Shown: positions 9,734 through 19,730, numbered from the stretch's first letter. The stretch is DNA of 64,000 nt from an uncultured Bacteroidales bacterium (GCA_947179325.1 CAMXAU010000014.1:1532-65531), one strand, 5' to 3'. Numbers and translations: made by a program. The notes: a model not told the origin generated them from the sequence alone.

Positions 9734-12061
9734 ATGAAAAAGATTTTACTGACCATCGGGCTTGCCATATTGGCTTTTTGCGGCTGCCAGGATCTTGACA
9801 GCCTTTCGGGCAGGGTCGATGAACTGGAAAGCAGGGTTACATATCTTGAGGAGCTCTGCAAGGATATGAACGGGAACCTGACTGTAATGCAGGCTTTTGT
9901 TGCCGCGCATCAGAACAATCTCTATATCAAGTCTGTGACGGAGGTGACTGACGGGTTCACCATCACCTTTACAGACGGGAAGACCTATACCCTCAAGAAC
10001 GGTGAAAAAGGCTCAAAGGGAGACAAAGGTGACAGGGGAGAGCAGGGGGAGAAGGGAGATACCGGAGCGGATGCTGTTGCTCCGGTGGTAAGTATAACAT
10101 ACGATGAGACAGACGGCGGATATTACTGGACTCTCAATGGCGAACTGATTCTATGGAACGGGGAGAAGATCAGCGCGCTTGGGGTCACTCCTGAGCTTAA
10201 GATTGAGGACGGAGACTGGTATATATCCTACAATGGCGGAGCGACATGGGAGAAGGTTGCACCGGCCTATGACTATTCAACGCAGATTACGATAGCGGAA
10301 GATGCGGATGCAGTGTATTTCACCCTTGCTGACGGCACTGTGTTCACTATCCCGAAGGTTCCAGGATTCTCATTCAAGGTTGATGTGACTGACATTGCAG
10401 TCGTGTCGGGAGGTGTAATGGAACTTCCCTACAGGCTGACAGATGCTGACGGGACAGTCCGGTTTGAAGTCAGGGGAGAAAAATATTCCGGTGCTGTGGT
10501 CCCTTCAGATGAGACATCCGGAATAATAAAGGTTACTGTCCCGGACCCTGTGGAGGACGGCTATCTGCTTGTCACTGCGGTCAAGAATTCAACAAGCGAA
10601 TTCAAGGCCCAGTATATCACCTTTGAACAAGGTGTCCTGGCTGTCGCAACCGATGCATACAGAGTATCTGAGTTCGGTGAAGTCATTTCCGTGGAGATCT
10701 CCACAAACATTGCCAGGGAGGATTATGATATTGAACTTTCTGACAGCTGGATTGCCGTAGTGCCTGACACAAAGGCGATAAGGACCGATGTCGTGCGTCT
10801 GTCTGTTGCTGCGAATGCTGATACCCAGCGTACTGCCACTGTGAGGATATTTGCCGGTGAACTCAGCCAGGATATAACAATAGTCCAGGCCGGTGCATCT
10901 GATGAGAAGCCTTATTTCGCTGTTGATACAGAGGATATACGTGTGCCGTACATCGCAACTGAAGCCAGGATTACAGTAAGCAGCAACCTTCCTTGGTCAG
11001 TTGAGGTTCCGGAAGGTGTCACTGCTGACCCTTCTGTCGGTTCTGGGGATGCGGAGATAACATTGACATTCGTGTCGAATGAGGGCATTTATACGGAGAC
11101 AGAATTCGAGGTTACCGTCTCAACGGAAAATGCCGATGTGGAGACAGGGGCATATACAGTAAAGGTGATAAAAGAGGCTGCCCCGAATCCGAATGCGTTC
11201 ACATATGTCTGCTGGGGGAACAACATAGGCCTTGCACCGATTGAAAAATATGCCAGCCAGTTCAGGATGCTTCCTGGTGATCCTGCCATAGAGATTGATG
11301 TGCAGTCTACAGATATTCCTGCGGGCAAGCCGGTGTCTTACGGGGTAACTTCATATACTGTCACGAATTCTGTGCGTTCAGGTGTAAAGATTGATGCCGC
11401 TACAGGCCGGCTTACCATTTCAGCGGAAGGCACAAGGGATATCCAGTCTGCTTCTGTGCATTGTGTCGTGGTGACGGTCACGGTCGGTGAGGGCGAATCT
11501 GCCGTGTCAAGGGAGATACCTGTGTTTGTAGACCAGGTGGCCGGACCAGGCATGAGGACATATGATGTGAGGTTCACGCCTTTTGCCCTGCGCTTCAATC
11601 CTGTAACGGGCGGCTCTGTGGTTCCGTCTGTCGAGGTCTTTGAGCCTGGCACAGATACGAAGGTAGAGGGATTTACACTCGACTACAGGAGGACTTTCCA
11701 TTGGGAAAGCCTGAACAGCCCGTTCCCGTCCGGCTCATTCCCGACCGTGTCGGAAAATCCGCTTGAAGGCGCGTGGAGATATTATTTCAGTGCCCTTGGG
11801 CAGAATTATAATGCGGCAGGATATGCTCCGGTATCATATTATAACAATAAGGCCACCTCATATGCGGTAATGCCGGTGGCTGTTGAGCCAGGTACATTCC
11901 GGGTATCTGTGTGCCCTGGGGCTTTCCAGTATAATGGAGAATATGGAGAGGGGATGTTCAGCGGAACCCTTGTATGTGGCAGGGACGGTGAAAGCCCTAT
12001 TACGGCAAACAAGGAGCACCGTCCTTTCCTTGTCTGGCTTGACCCTTCATATGAAGAATAA
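9734..12061 (+). CDS. Surface lipoprotein: DUF4988/PL29-N-like coiled-coil and collagen-like stalk, BACON-like domains, C-terminal BT4661-like module
   Basis: Lipobox FCGC; (G-X-Y)8 at 10001-10072; BACON-like segments (EISTN..DSWI, VSSNLPWSV); C-terminal ~290 aa paralogous to the end of 2626..4854. Confidence 0.7.
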   Translation: MKKILLTIGLAILAFCGCQDLDSLSGRVDELESRVTYLEELCKDMNGNLTVMQAFVAAHQNNLYIKSVTEVTDGFTITFTDGKTYTLKNGEKGSKGDKGDRGEQGEKGDTGADAVAPVVSITYDETDGGYYWTLNGELILWNGEKISALGVTPELKIEDGDWYISYNGGATWEKVAPAYDYSTQITIAEDADAVYFTLADGTVFTIPKVPGFSFKVDVTDIAVVSGGVMELPYRLTDADGTVRFEVRGEKYSGAVVPSDETSGIIKVTVPDPVEDGYLLVTAVKNSTSEFKAQYITFEQGVLAVATDAYRVSEFGEVISVEISTNIAREDYDIELSDSWIAVVPDTKAIRTDVVRLSVAANADTQRTATVRIFAGELSQDITIVQAGASDEKPYFAVDTEDIRVPYIATEARITVSSNLPWSVEVPEGVTADPSVGSGDAEITLTFVSNEGIYTETEFEVTVSTENADVETGAYTVKVIKEAAPNPNAFTYVCWGNNIGLAPIEKYASQFRMLPGDPAIEIDVQSTDIPAGKPVSYGVTSYTVTNSVRSGVKIDAATGRLTISAEGTRDIQSASVHCVVVTVTVGEGESAVSREIPVFVDQVAGPGMRTYDVRFTPFALRFNPVTGGSVVPSVEVFEPGTDTKVEGFTLDYRRTFHWESLNSPFPSGSFPTVSENPLEGAWRYYFSALGQNYNAAGYAPVSYYNNKATSYAVMPVAVEPGTFRVSVCPGAFQYNGEYGEGMFSGTLVCGRDGESPITANKEHRPFLVWLDPSYEE
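10001..10072 (+). repeat. Collagen-like Gly-X-Y coding repeat
   Basis: GEK GSK GDK GDR GEQ GEK GDT GAD. Confidence 0.85.
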
Positions 12062-12076
12062 TTATAATATGACATT

Positions 12077-14221
12077 ATGGATATGAGATTCTTGATATTC
12101 ATTGCAGCAATGGCTATGCTCCCTCTCTGCTCCTGCATGAGGGCGGAGACGGAGTTCAGCCGTGATGCCAACAGCGAGAAGGTCGATAAAGGCGAAGAAG
12201 GTCCTTCCGGGCCTGAGTTTCCCGAAGATCCGGAATTGACCGAGGAAGACAGGAAAGTGAACCTTGAGCTGTTTGAAATAATCAATCTTGACTATCCTGG
12301 CCTGGAGACTGTCAAGAGCGAATACGGGCAGAAGCATTATGCGCTGGCGGCACAGGCCCTTGTGGAGTATTACAGGAACCGCCAGGTTGTGAACACGGAG
12401 ATAGACCTGGACGATACGGGTATATCTGCGGAGTACAAGAGGATTGCTGACCAGGCCCTGGAGTACCGTTTCTGTGTAAAGGAGGCGACATGGTATGAAA
12501 GCGTCATGGGGCTGCAGTATACGTATTATAGCTTCGATGACGGCAATGGAGGGATTGACTGGGCATTTGAGGCACCCGGTGCCGGGACTGAGTTCTATCA
12601 GAAACACTGGCATGTCTGGTTCAAGCACCTTGCCTACGCGCTTAACAGCACTGGGGATGACAGATATTTTGATTCGTGGAAAGAGGTATATTCTGACTGG
12701 CTTGAGAATTTCCCGTGCCCGGAGTCGGCCTCTGCATATGGCAACCGCTCCTGGCATCAGCTGTCTGTGGCTTCACGTATCTCCAGCCAGCTCAATATCA
12801 TTCCATATTTCCTCAAGTCTGAAAAGTTTACCGGGGACTGGCTTTCGACTGTCCTTGTGGAATTCTATAAGAGTGTGGAGTTCAGCAGGGCCAATCTCTA
12901 TAAGACAGAGACAAGCAACATAAGGTTTGCCCAGGAGGTCGCAGAAGCCAAGGCCGGTATAATGATGCCGGAATTCAAGGCGGCTGCGGAATGGCTTTCA
13001 GAGGGGGCATCCGCCGTGTCACGGCAGCTTATGACCCAGTTTAATCCAGACGGCACACATAATGAACTGGCACTTAATTACCACCTCGGTGTCATAGATA
13101 ATTTCAGGACGACCTATGAAAATGCACGTGCCAATGACAGGCTTGATGCTTTTTCTCCGGAGTTCCTTGCATATCTCCATAACGCCTGCCGTCTTGTCAT
13201 GGACTATATCTGGCCAGACTATACATGGGAATGGATGAATGATACATTCGAGCAGACTAAAAGCGTCCTTCTGAGGAATATGAGGGCATATTCCATTATG
13301 TTTCCCGAGGATGAGGAGCTTAAATATATGGGCACCGACGGTGCCGAGGGGACGAAGCCTTCTGCGACGTTGCGGCCTTATCCGGATGGAGGCTACTATT
13401 TCCTGAGGAACGGCTGGGATGTACAGTCGACGATGATGATATACAGCAATAATTATTGTGAGACCGGCTCTACTCACTGCCAGCCGGACAACGGTACCAT
13501 ATCCCTGTGGAGCAGGGGCAGGAACTTCCTTCCCGACCCTGGGGTCTATAGCTATGGCGGGACAGCGGAGACAGATGCAATGAAGGCGGAGCTGAGGAAG
13601 ACCTGCAGCCATAATACCCTTACGAAGTCGCTTACTGACATAAGTTCCAAGAATATAAGGGGAAAATGTCTCCTCTCAAGGAATGGGGATGGCTATGATG
13701 TTGTGGTGGCAGAGAATCCGTCATATTCAGACCTGACGCACAGGAGGGCTGTGTTTATGGTTGCCGGGAAGTTTTATGTAATTGTGGATGAGGCGTATGG
13801 AAGTGCCGCTGGAGTCCCGGTCAATGTGAGTTTCCATCTCTGTTCTGACCTCACAGGCGGCAAGGGTGCCGATGTGGTCACCATAGATGACGGGGGAGCG
13901 GATTTCTACGGTGCATATACCTCTTTCCCGGATGGAAATAACATGCTTCTGAGGACATTCTCTGAGACCACTTCCGGATATAAGGCAGAAAATGGCATAA
14001 GCAGATATTCCCCTAAGCTGAACACAGCATATGAACGTAAGTTTTACCGTGTGACGGCAAATAAGGCAGCTGCTTCGGACGTTGTAAGGTTCATAACTGT
14101 AATATATCCGGAGACCGGAAAGGCTGTCAGTGCAGAATTCAAGGCCCCATATTCGGAGAATTCCTGCTCTTTGCAGGTTTCTGTCAACGGCAGTACATAC
14201 AATCTCTCATATAATCTATAG
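12077..14221 (+). CDS. Heparinase II/III family lyase (PL12), lipoprotein (BT4662-like)
   Basis: Lipobox LCSC; N-terminus EVFEIINLDYPGL resembles the left-edge PL12; DGTHNELALNYH, GGYYFLRNGW, HCQPDNGT, DPGVYSY, HNTLT. Confidence 0.9.
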   Translation: MDMRFLIFIAAMAMLPLCSCMRAETEFSRDANSEKVDKGEEGPSGPEFPEDPELTEEDRKVNLELFEIINLDYPGLETVKSEYGQKHYALAAQALVEYYRNRQVVNTEIDLDDTGISAEYKRIADQALEYRFCVKEATWYESVMGLQYTYYSFDDGNGGIDWAFEAPGAGTEFYQKHWHVWFKHLAYALNSTGDDRYFDSWKEVYSDWLENFPCPESASAYGNRSWHQLSVASRISSQLNIIPYFLKSEKFTGDWLSTVLVEFYKSVEFSRANLYKTETSNIRFAQEVAEAKAGIMMPEFKAAAEWLSEGASAVSRQLMTQFNPDGTHNELALNYHLGVIDNFRTTYENARANDRLDAFSPEFLAYLHNACRLVMDYIWPDYTWEWMNDTFEQTKSVLLRNMRAYSIMFPEDEELKYMGTDGAEGTKPSATLRPYPDGGYYFLRNGWDVQSTMMIYSNNYCETGSTHCQPDNGTISLWSRGRNFLPDPGVYSYGGTAETDAMKAELRKTCSHNTLTKSLTDISSKNIRGKCLLSRNGDGYDVVVAENPSYSDLTHRRAVFMVAGKFYVIVDEAYGSAAGVPVNVSFHLCSDLTGGKGADVVTIDDGGADFYGAYTSFPDGNNMLLRTFSETTSGYKAENGISRYSPKLNTAYERKFYRVTANKAAASDVVRFITVIYPETGKAVSAEFKAPYSENSCSLQVSVNGSTYNLSYNL

Positions 14222-14244
14222 TTAGAGTGTTGATTATATAGAAT

Positions 14245-14274
14245 GGGGGACCGGAGATGCAGATCCGGTCCCCC
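14245..14274. terminator. Hairpin between convergent PL12 and HTCS genes
   Basis: Perfect 11-bp stem GGGGGACCGGA / TCCGGTCCCCC. Confidence 0.75.
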
Positions 14275-14331
14275 TTGTCTTATCCTGTCCATTGCCGGCA
14301 AGAGTCATGGCAAAATCGGAATGGCTGAACT

Positions 14332-17300
14332 CTACTGCCTCTTTGCGTACTCAGTTGGCAGGCACCCGATATGCTTCTTGAAGCATGTGGCGAAATAGGA
14401 CGGGGAGCTGAATCCGACCTTGTCGCTGACTTCAGATACAGTATACCTCCCTTCCTTCAGGAGGGCGCAGGCTTTTCTGAAACGTATCTTGTGGATGAAG
14501 TCAAGTGCGGATTCACCTGTGATGGCTTTCAGTTTCAGATGCAGGTTGCTGCGGCTCATGTTCATTGCCTTGGCAAAGTCGTCCGTGGAGAATTCCGAGT
14601 TGTCCAGGTTGTCCTCAACAATCCTGATCGCCCGTTTGAGAAGAGCTTCGTCCAGGGCATTGAATGTTATTTTCTCCGGCTCCACCTCGATGGACCTGGA
14701 ATATTTTTCAAGGATTCTGCTGTGTGCACGCAGGATGTTCTGTATCTTGGCGATAAGCACGGCCATTGAGAACGGCTTCATTATGTAGTCATCCGCACCT
14801 GTCTTCAGTGCCTCCAGCTCCTGGCGGCTGTCTGTCCTGGCAGAAAGCATTATTATTGGGATATGCCTGGTGTTTATGTCCTGCTTGAGATGCTGGCACA
14901 GCTTTATCCCGTCCATGACAGGCATCATAACATCGCTTACTATGAGGTCCACCCTGTTTGCCTTGATTATATCCATGGCCTCTTCTCCGTTGGATGCAAG
15001 AAGAGTATTGAACATTGCGGAAAGCCCGCTGTTCATGTATGTGCGTATCTCATCATTGTCCTCCACAATCAGCAGTGTCCATTTCTTGTCTCTGCTTTCA
15101 CCGGGCATGGCCATGTCTTCCTGGTTATCCGTGTCAAGCAGGTACATCTCCTTGCTGTTGGTAGTGTGCGTGTCAGTGCTCTCCTCCCCAAGCTCTTCTT
15201 CAGAGTATATACTGAGGTCCTGCGGGAAGAGAACCCTGAAAGTTGAACCTTTGCCTTCTTCACTTTCCAGCTCGAGCTTGGCATGGTGCAGCTCAACAAG
15301 CCTCTGGACAAGCGAAAGGCCGATCCCGCTTCCGACATGATGGCTTCCTATCTGGTAGAACCTTTCGAAAATCCTTTCCTGGAGACTGGCCGGAATGCCG
15401 TCTCCCGTGTCGGTCACCTCAAGGATGAAATTTGCCCTGTCCATATATGCCCTTACAGAGATGCTGCCTTTGTCTGTGTATTTGAATGCGTTGGACAGCA
15501 GGTTGTTGAGAATCAGGTCAAGGTACTGTTCGTCAATGTACAGGGGCTTGTCCTCAATTTCGGAGGCCAGTGTGTATTTCAGTTTCTTGCCCTGAGCCAG
15601 CCTTTCATAATATGAGAATATGTCCTGTATTGTATGATGTGCATCCTGATGCTTGACATGCAGCCTGAAGACACCAAGTTCGGCTCTTCTGTAGTCCATC
15701 AGCTGGTTTACGATATGAAGCATCCTCTGTGCATTCCTGTATATGGATTTCAGCTGTTTTCTTGTCCATACATCGGACACTTTCCCGATTACTTCCTGCA
15801 AAGGGGTGATTATCAGCGTGAGCGGGGTCCTCAGTTCATGGGATATGTTTATGAAGAACCTCAGCTTCATCTGGTTTATCTCTTCCTGGTGCTCTTTCTC
15901 CTTCTTCTCCAGTTCGAGCCTGGCTTCAATTGTCTGGCGGTATATGAGGAATTTAATGATTCCAGCTATCAGCATTACGAAAAGAATGAGGAATGCCAGC
16001 TTGGCAAACAGTGTCTTGTACCAGACAGGCAGGATGAGAATCTCGATTACAGTTGGCTCTACGCTCCATTTGCCGTCATTATTGGCGGCATTTACAGCAA
16101 ATCTGTATCTTCCATGCGGCAGATTGGAATAAGTCGCGTTTCGTGACTGGGTGGTTATCCATTCCCTGTCAAATCCTTCCAGCCTGTATGCGAATGTATT
16201 GTGGCCTCCTGCTATATAGTCCGTGACTGTGAATTCTATTGTAAATGAGTTCTGGTTATGCCTGAGGACAATGCTTTCAGTTGACGGCATTCCTTCAGAA
16301 AGTATTCCGCTGCTGTCTCCAGGCCTGACCTTCCTGTTGAATATCTGCAGTCCTGAAAGGACAGGTGATGGAGCATACGGGTTGTCTGCCATCTTCTCCG
16401 GAATGAATGTCGTGATTCCCCTGATTCCCCCGAAGAACATCTCTCCTGAGCTTCTGCGGCAGTGTGAGCCGGTGTTGAACTGCTTGCTCTGTATCCCGTC
16501 TTCAGTGGTGAAATTCCTGAATGTTCCGGAATATGGATTGAAGCAGCTCAGCCCATTGTTTGTGCTGATCCACAGTCTCCCGAAAGAGTCTTCCTCAATG
16601 CCCTCTATGACATTGCCTGGCAGTCCGTCAGACGTGGAATATCTCTGAAGGCTTCTGTCCTTGTCATTGTACGAGTACAGCCCTCCCTGGGTGGCAATCC
16701 ATATCACTTTTGAAGAGCTTTCCAGAAATACATGTATGGATTGCAGCGATCTGATCCGGCTGTCAATGCTGCTGACCGGTTCAAGTGACGGGCCATCTGC
16801 ATGGAATACCTCCAGGCCGTTCTCTCCGCCTACCCATAGTCTTCCCTGGGAGTCATGCATCATTGTCCTGATGCGGAGCTTGCGTATGGCATCCCCCTTT
16901 GAGTCCCTGTCCTTGACTGACATCCTGCCTGTCTTCTTGTCAAATGAATACAGTCCCTGCAAAGATCCTATCCAGATGCTTTCAGGGGTGTTTTCTATTA
17001 TGGAGTAGATGTCTCTTGGAGGAGTTCCGACGCAGTGGAACTCGCATCTCTCCATGTTGCTGCGGCCTTTGTGCAGGATGCTCAGCCCGCCTGCCTGCGC
17101 ACCTATGTATATGTTGTCTGAATATTTGTCTATGTATATTGTCTTGATGTCGTTTGCCTCAATCCCTTCAAACCTGTTCTGGGGGTCAGGCGCATAATAG
17201 CTGAACTCACCGGTGTCCGGGCTGTAGCTGTTTACACCTCCGTTGTTTGTCCCGATCCACAGCGTCCCCCTGCTGTCTTCCACTATGCAGTTTATTATGT

Positions 17301-18360
17301 TGTCATTAAGCGAATTGGTCCCTGGTATTCTCCTGATGTTCAGAAACCTTTCACGCAGCGGATGCCAATAGTCTATTCCTCCGAAATATGTCCCGAGCCA
17401 CATCCCTCCCTGCCTGTCTTTCATGATGCTTCTGACAGAGTTATGCGACAGGCTTCCTTCCAGGAACGGGTCATTCGTATATGTCTCGAACTCTCCTGTG
17501 GAGCTGTCATAGATGTTGAGGCTGTTGAATGTCCCGGCCCACAGCCTTCCTTCATCATCTGTCCCGAGTGAACGTATATAGTTGGAGCCGATGCTTCCAG
17601 GCTTGTCAGAATGCCTGAAATTCCTGATCTGCCCGTCCGGGATGTCATATCTGTATAGCCCGTCTCCTTCTGTACCTATCCATATTATGTCGTTTCCCTC
17701 GCAGAATATTGTCTGTATCTGGCTTTGGCCTGAATATATCGGGAGCCTCCTGAATTCATTTTCCGTTGTGGAATATGTAAACAGCCCGTCTTCTGCACAT
17801 CCGATATAGACCGTATGTCCGTTCCTTTGCATCGCAGTGGCCCTAAGGCTGGCAATGTTGGCCGGAAGCCCGCCTGTGAATAGCCTGGTGCCGCAGTCAA
17901 AGATGTCCATGGCATTCTCTGTCCCTACGAGTATCCGGTCTCTGTCTATCTCCGCAATGGACGTGACAGGTGCTGAAGTCGGATAATTTTCAAAGATTTC
18001 CGTCTCACGGTTCCAGACGGAAAGGCTCCTTCCTGTTCCCGCCCACAGCTTTCCCCCGCTGTCGAGGAAAAGTGTCCTCACGTCACTGTCTGCAATGCTT
18101 GCCGGGTCATTGTCGTCATGGAGATAGACAGTGAAGCTATGCCCGTCATATCTGTTCAGTCCGTCAAGCGTGGCGAACCATATATAGCCTTCGTTGTCCT
18201 GGCATATGGACAGTACGGTGTTGTGAGAAAGCCCGTTGTCAATGGAAATGTTTGAAAATCTGATTCTTCCGTCCTGACTTGCATGTATCTCGCCAGTCAG
18301 TCCCGCCAGCAAGGCTGCAAAGATTGCAGTGGCTTTAAGTATGGTATGGATATTTTTCAT
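14332..18360 (-). CDS. Hybrid two-component system regulator (beta-propeller sensor, HisKA, HATPase, REC, AraC)
   Basis: Reg_prop repeats, FFINISHELRTP, NLLSNAFKYT, GSGIGLS, SDVMMPVMDG, AraC C-terminus GFSSPSYFATCFKK. Confidence 0.96.
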   Translation of the reverse strand: MKNIHTILKATAIFAALLAGLTGEIHASQDGRIRFSNISIDNGLSHNTVLSICQDNEGYIWFATLDGLNRYDGHSFTVYLHDDNDPASIADSDVRTLFLDSGGKLWAGTGRSLSVWNRETEIFENYPTSAPVTSIAEIDRDRILVGTENAMDIFDCGTRLFTGGLPANIASLRATAMQRNGHTVYIGCAEDGLFTYSTTENEFRRLPIYSGQSQIQTIFCEGNDIIWIGTEGDGLYRYDIPDGQIRNFRHSDKPGSIGSNYIRSLGTDDEGRLWAGTFNSLNIYDSSTGEFETYTNDPFLEGSLSHNSVRSIMKDRQGGMWLGTYFGGIDYWHPLRERFLNIRRIPGTNSLNDNIINCIVEDSRGTLWIGTNNGGVNSYSPDTGEFSYYAPDPQNRFEGIEANDIKTIYIDKYSDNIYIGAQAGGLSILHKGRSNMERCEFHCVGTPPRDIYSIIENTPESIWIGSLQGLYSFDKKTGRMSVKDRDSKGDAIRKLRIRTMMHDSQGRLWVGGENGLEVFHADGPSLEPVSSIDSRIRSLQSIHVFLESSSKVIWIATQGGLYSYNDKDRSLQRYSTSDGLPGNVIEGIEEDSFGRLWISTNNGLSCFNPYSGTFRNFTTEDGIQSKQFNTGSHCRRSSGEMFFGGIRGITTFIPEKMADNPYAPSPVLSGLQIFNRKVRPGDSSGILSEGMPSTESIVLRHNQNSFTIEFTVTDYIAGGHNTFAYRLEGFDREWITTQSRNATYSNLPHGRYRFAVNAANNDGKWSVEPTVIEILILPVWYKTLFAKLAFLILFVMLIAGIIKFLIYRQTIEARLELEKKEKEHQEEINQMKLRFFINISHELRTPLTLIITPLQEVIGKVSDVWTRKQLKSIYRNAQRMLHIVNQLMDYRRAELGVFRLHVKHQDAHHTIQDIFSYYERLAQGKKLKYTLASEIEDKPLYIDEQYLDLILNNLLSNAFKYTDKGSISVRAYMDRANFILEVTDTGDGIPASLQERIFERFYQIGSHHVGSGIGLSLVQRLVELHHAKLELESEEGKGSTFRVLFPQDLSIYSEEELGEESTDTHTTNSKEMYLLDTDNQEDMAMPGESRDKKWTLLIVEDNDEIRTYMNSGLSAMFNTLLASNGEEAMDIIKANRVDLIVSDVMMPVMDGIKLCQHLKQDINTRHIPIIMLSARTDSRQELEALKTGADDYIMKPFSMAVLIAKIQNILRAHSRILEKYSRSIEVEPEKITFNALDEALLKRAIRIVEDNLDNSEFSTDDFAKAMNMSRSNLHLKLKAITGESALDFIHKIRFRKACALLKEGRYTVSEVSDKVGFSSPSYFATCFKKHIGCLPTEYAKRQ

Positions 18361-18430
18361 GAAATTCCTGAAATAGACAACTAAAATACATAAAAAATGC
18401 GCAATATGAAAATTCTGTGGAGCGGCATCG

Positions 18431-18523
18431 CCCTGCCTTGTCTGCCTTGTTCCGCATCTCCCTGCATTGTTTGACTTGTCTGCCTTGTTCCCGCCTTGCC
18501 TTGTGGATGTTGTTCTGCCTTGT
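18431..18523. repeat. Degenerate GCCTTGT repeat cluster
   Basis: GCCTTGT at 18435, 18444, 18482, 18498, 18517; exact 17-mer CTTGTCTGCCTTGTTCC at 18437 and 18475. Confidence 0.8.
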
Positions 18524-18685
18524 TGACGTTATTGGCATTTCCTGATTCAGGTTGATTCCGCTGGAATCTGGCCGTCTGAATCAGGATGGGGGAACAGGTC
18601 CGGGCTTGCCACCATGGCCAGACAAATGGCGCCCATGCTTCTGCGGCTGTTCCGTCAGGGAACGATGGTAAGCAGGTGTATACAT

Positions 18686-18721
18686 AAAAAAAGTAGCTGC
18701 AGGTAATCTGCAACTACTTTT
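18686..18721 (-). terminator. Intrinsic terminator of the small conserved gene
   Basis: AAAAGTAGCTGCAG-GTAAT-CTGCAACTACTTTT stem with an A-run giving a U-tail on the minus strand. Confidence 0.8.
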
Positions 18722-18745
18722 CTCAGCTATGATAGATAAAATCTA

Positions 18746-19033
18746 TTATTCCTCTTTGCCTGAAGCTACGATTGTCTCGCTGAGCTTCTCGCAGAGTGCG
18801 TCAAGTTTCTCGAACATCTCTTTGCGGATACCGTTGTAGTATGCTTTCCTTGAACCCTCTGCAGGATTGTTGATCTTGTCTTTCAGGTCGTTGTAAAGCT
18901 CTACAGCCTCATCAACTATCTTGGAGATTTCGTCTGCGTCCTTGTGAGGATTGATTGCAATGAACAATGCGCAATCATCGATGAACTCACCAATGAAATA
19001 CTCGATGTCTTTTTTTATAACTCTAAGGTTCAT
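18746..19033 (-). CDS. Small helical hypothetical protein (95 aa)
   Basis: Clean ATG ORF, -7 box upstream, terminator downstream; resembles short conserved Bacteroidales proteins starting with an 'LKKDI(N/E)Y' motif. Confidence 0.75.
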   Translation of the reverse strand: MNLRVIKKDIEYFIGEFIDDCALFIAINPHKDADEISKIVDEAVELYNDLKDKINNPAEGSRKAYYNGIRKEMFEKLDALCEKLSETIVASGKEE

Positions 19034-19068
19034 AATATTGTATATTTAGTTCTTTTGTTTTCGCGATG

Positions 19069-19076
19069 CAAATATA
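19069..19076 (-). promoter_or_regulatory. -7 box for 18746..19033
   Basis: TATATTTG(CA) on the minus strand. Confidence 0.55.
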
Positions 19077-19180
19077 GCAATTTAACCGGAATTCTGCACT
19101 GCTGCTGCAAGAAATGCCTGAAATATACACAGCATGTATCTCCTCAATAATCCCCCCACTAAAAAAAACAGAAAATAACC

Positions 19181-19256
19181 TTAGGGTATTTAAAAAACTT
19201 AAGTCTTATATGCAGGAATGCGGATTTTTTCTATATGTGATTCTTTTGAATCTCCT
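19181..19256 (+). repeat. Left direct repeat of the 18.5-kb insertion (promoter plus signal-peptide-coding remnant)
   Basis: 19181-19226 matches 37718-37764 except A6 vs A7; 19227-19256 matches 37823-37852 at 29/30. Confidence 0.9.
19183..19210 (+). promoter_or_regulatory. Putative ECF-sigma promoter AGGGTA-N13-AGTCTTATA
   Basis: Same bipartite motif at 37720 (N14) and immediately upstream of the anti-sigma gene at 53174 (N15). Confidence 0.55.
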
Positions 19257-19628
19257 TATAGTCATCGGTTTGTATCCGGGGATGCCTGTGGACTTTATGT
19301 CGTGAAGGGCGAAGAGCTAATTGTGTCCAATGCTAAGTTTGAGGCTGAGGTTTCCGGTGAGGACATCAGATGGGTCCCTGCAGATGGAAGCATTGATATT
19401 GTCCATAATGAGGGCAATGTTTATTTCCTATATTATCCTCTCCATACTGTGAGGACGGCTATATGGATGGTAAGGCTGACAGGCGGTATGCCGCAAGCAG
19501 TGAACGATACAGGTATTTTTATCACTCTGGCTTTCATGGATAAGGACGTAATGGAGAAATGTCATTTATCCAACAGGCCCCCGCAATCGCCATTGTCCTT
19601 GCGGAACTTGTCCAGGTCAATCAGCATG

Positions 19629-19690
19629 ATTGAGACAATATTGCATGTTTTGAGACGAAAGTTTCAGGCTTCCGGAAATATATGTCATAA
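19629..19690 (+). promoter_or_regulatory. Conserved TGAGAY tandem motif, copy 1
   Basis: 19631-19667 is 33/38 identical to 21147-21184; followed by TGTCATAA and the -7 box TAATTTTG (19688-19695). Confidence 0.6.
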
Positions 19691-19730
19691 TTTTGCAGTC
19701 ACCAATAATATAGACACTAAAACATATCAG

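Noticed and set aside
18431-18523. Possible CRISPR array
   Set aside because: Units too short and irregular, no spacers, no cas genes.
18381-18713. 110-aa minus-strand ORF
   Set aside because: Crosses a terminator and the repeat cluster; low-complexity product is a by-product of the DNA repeats.
19360-19415. EDIRWVPADGSIDIVH resembles the LytTR motif IxYIEADGNYxxIH
   Set aside because: The downstream FxRxHRSxIVN motif is missing in the frames I read; too short to call without an HMM search.
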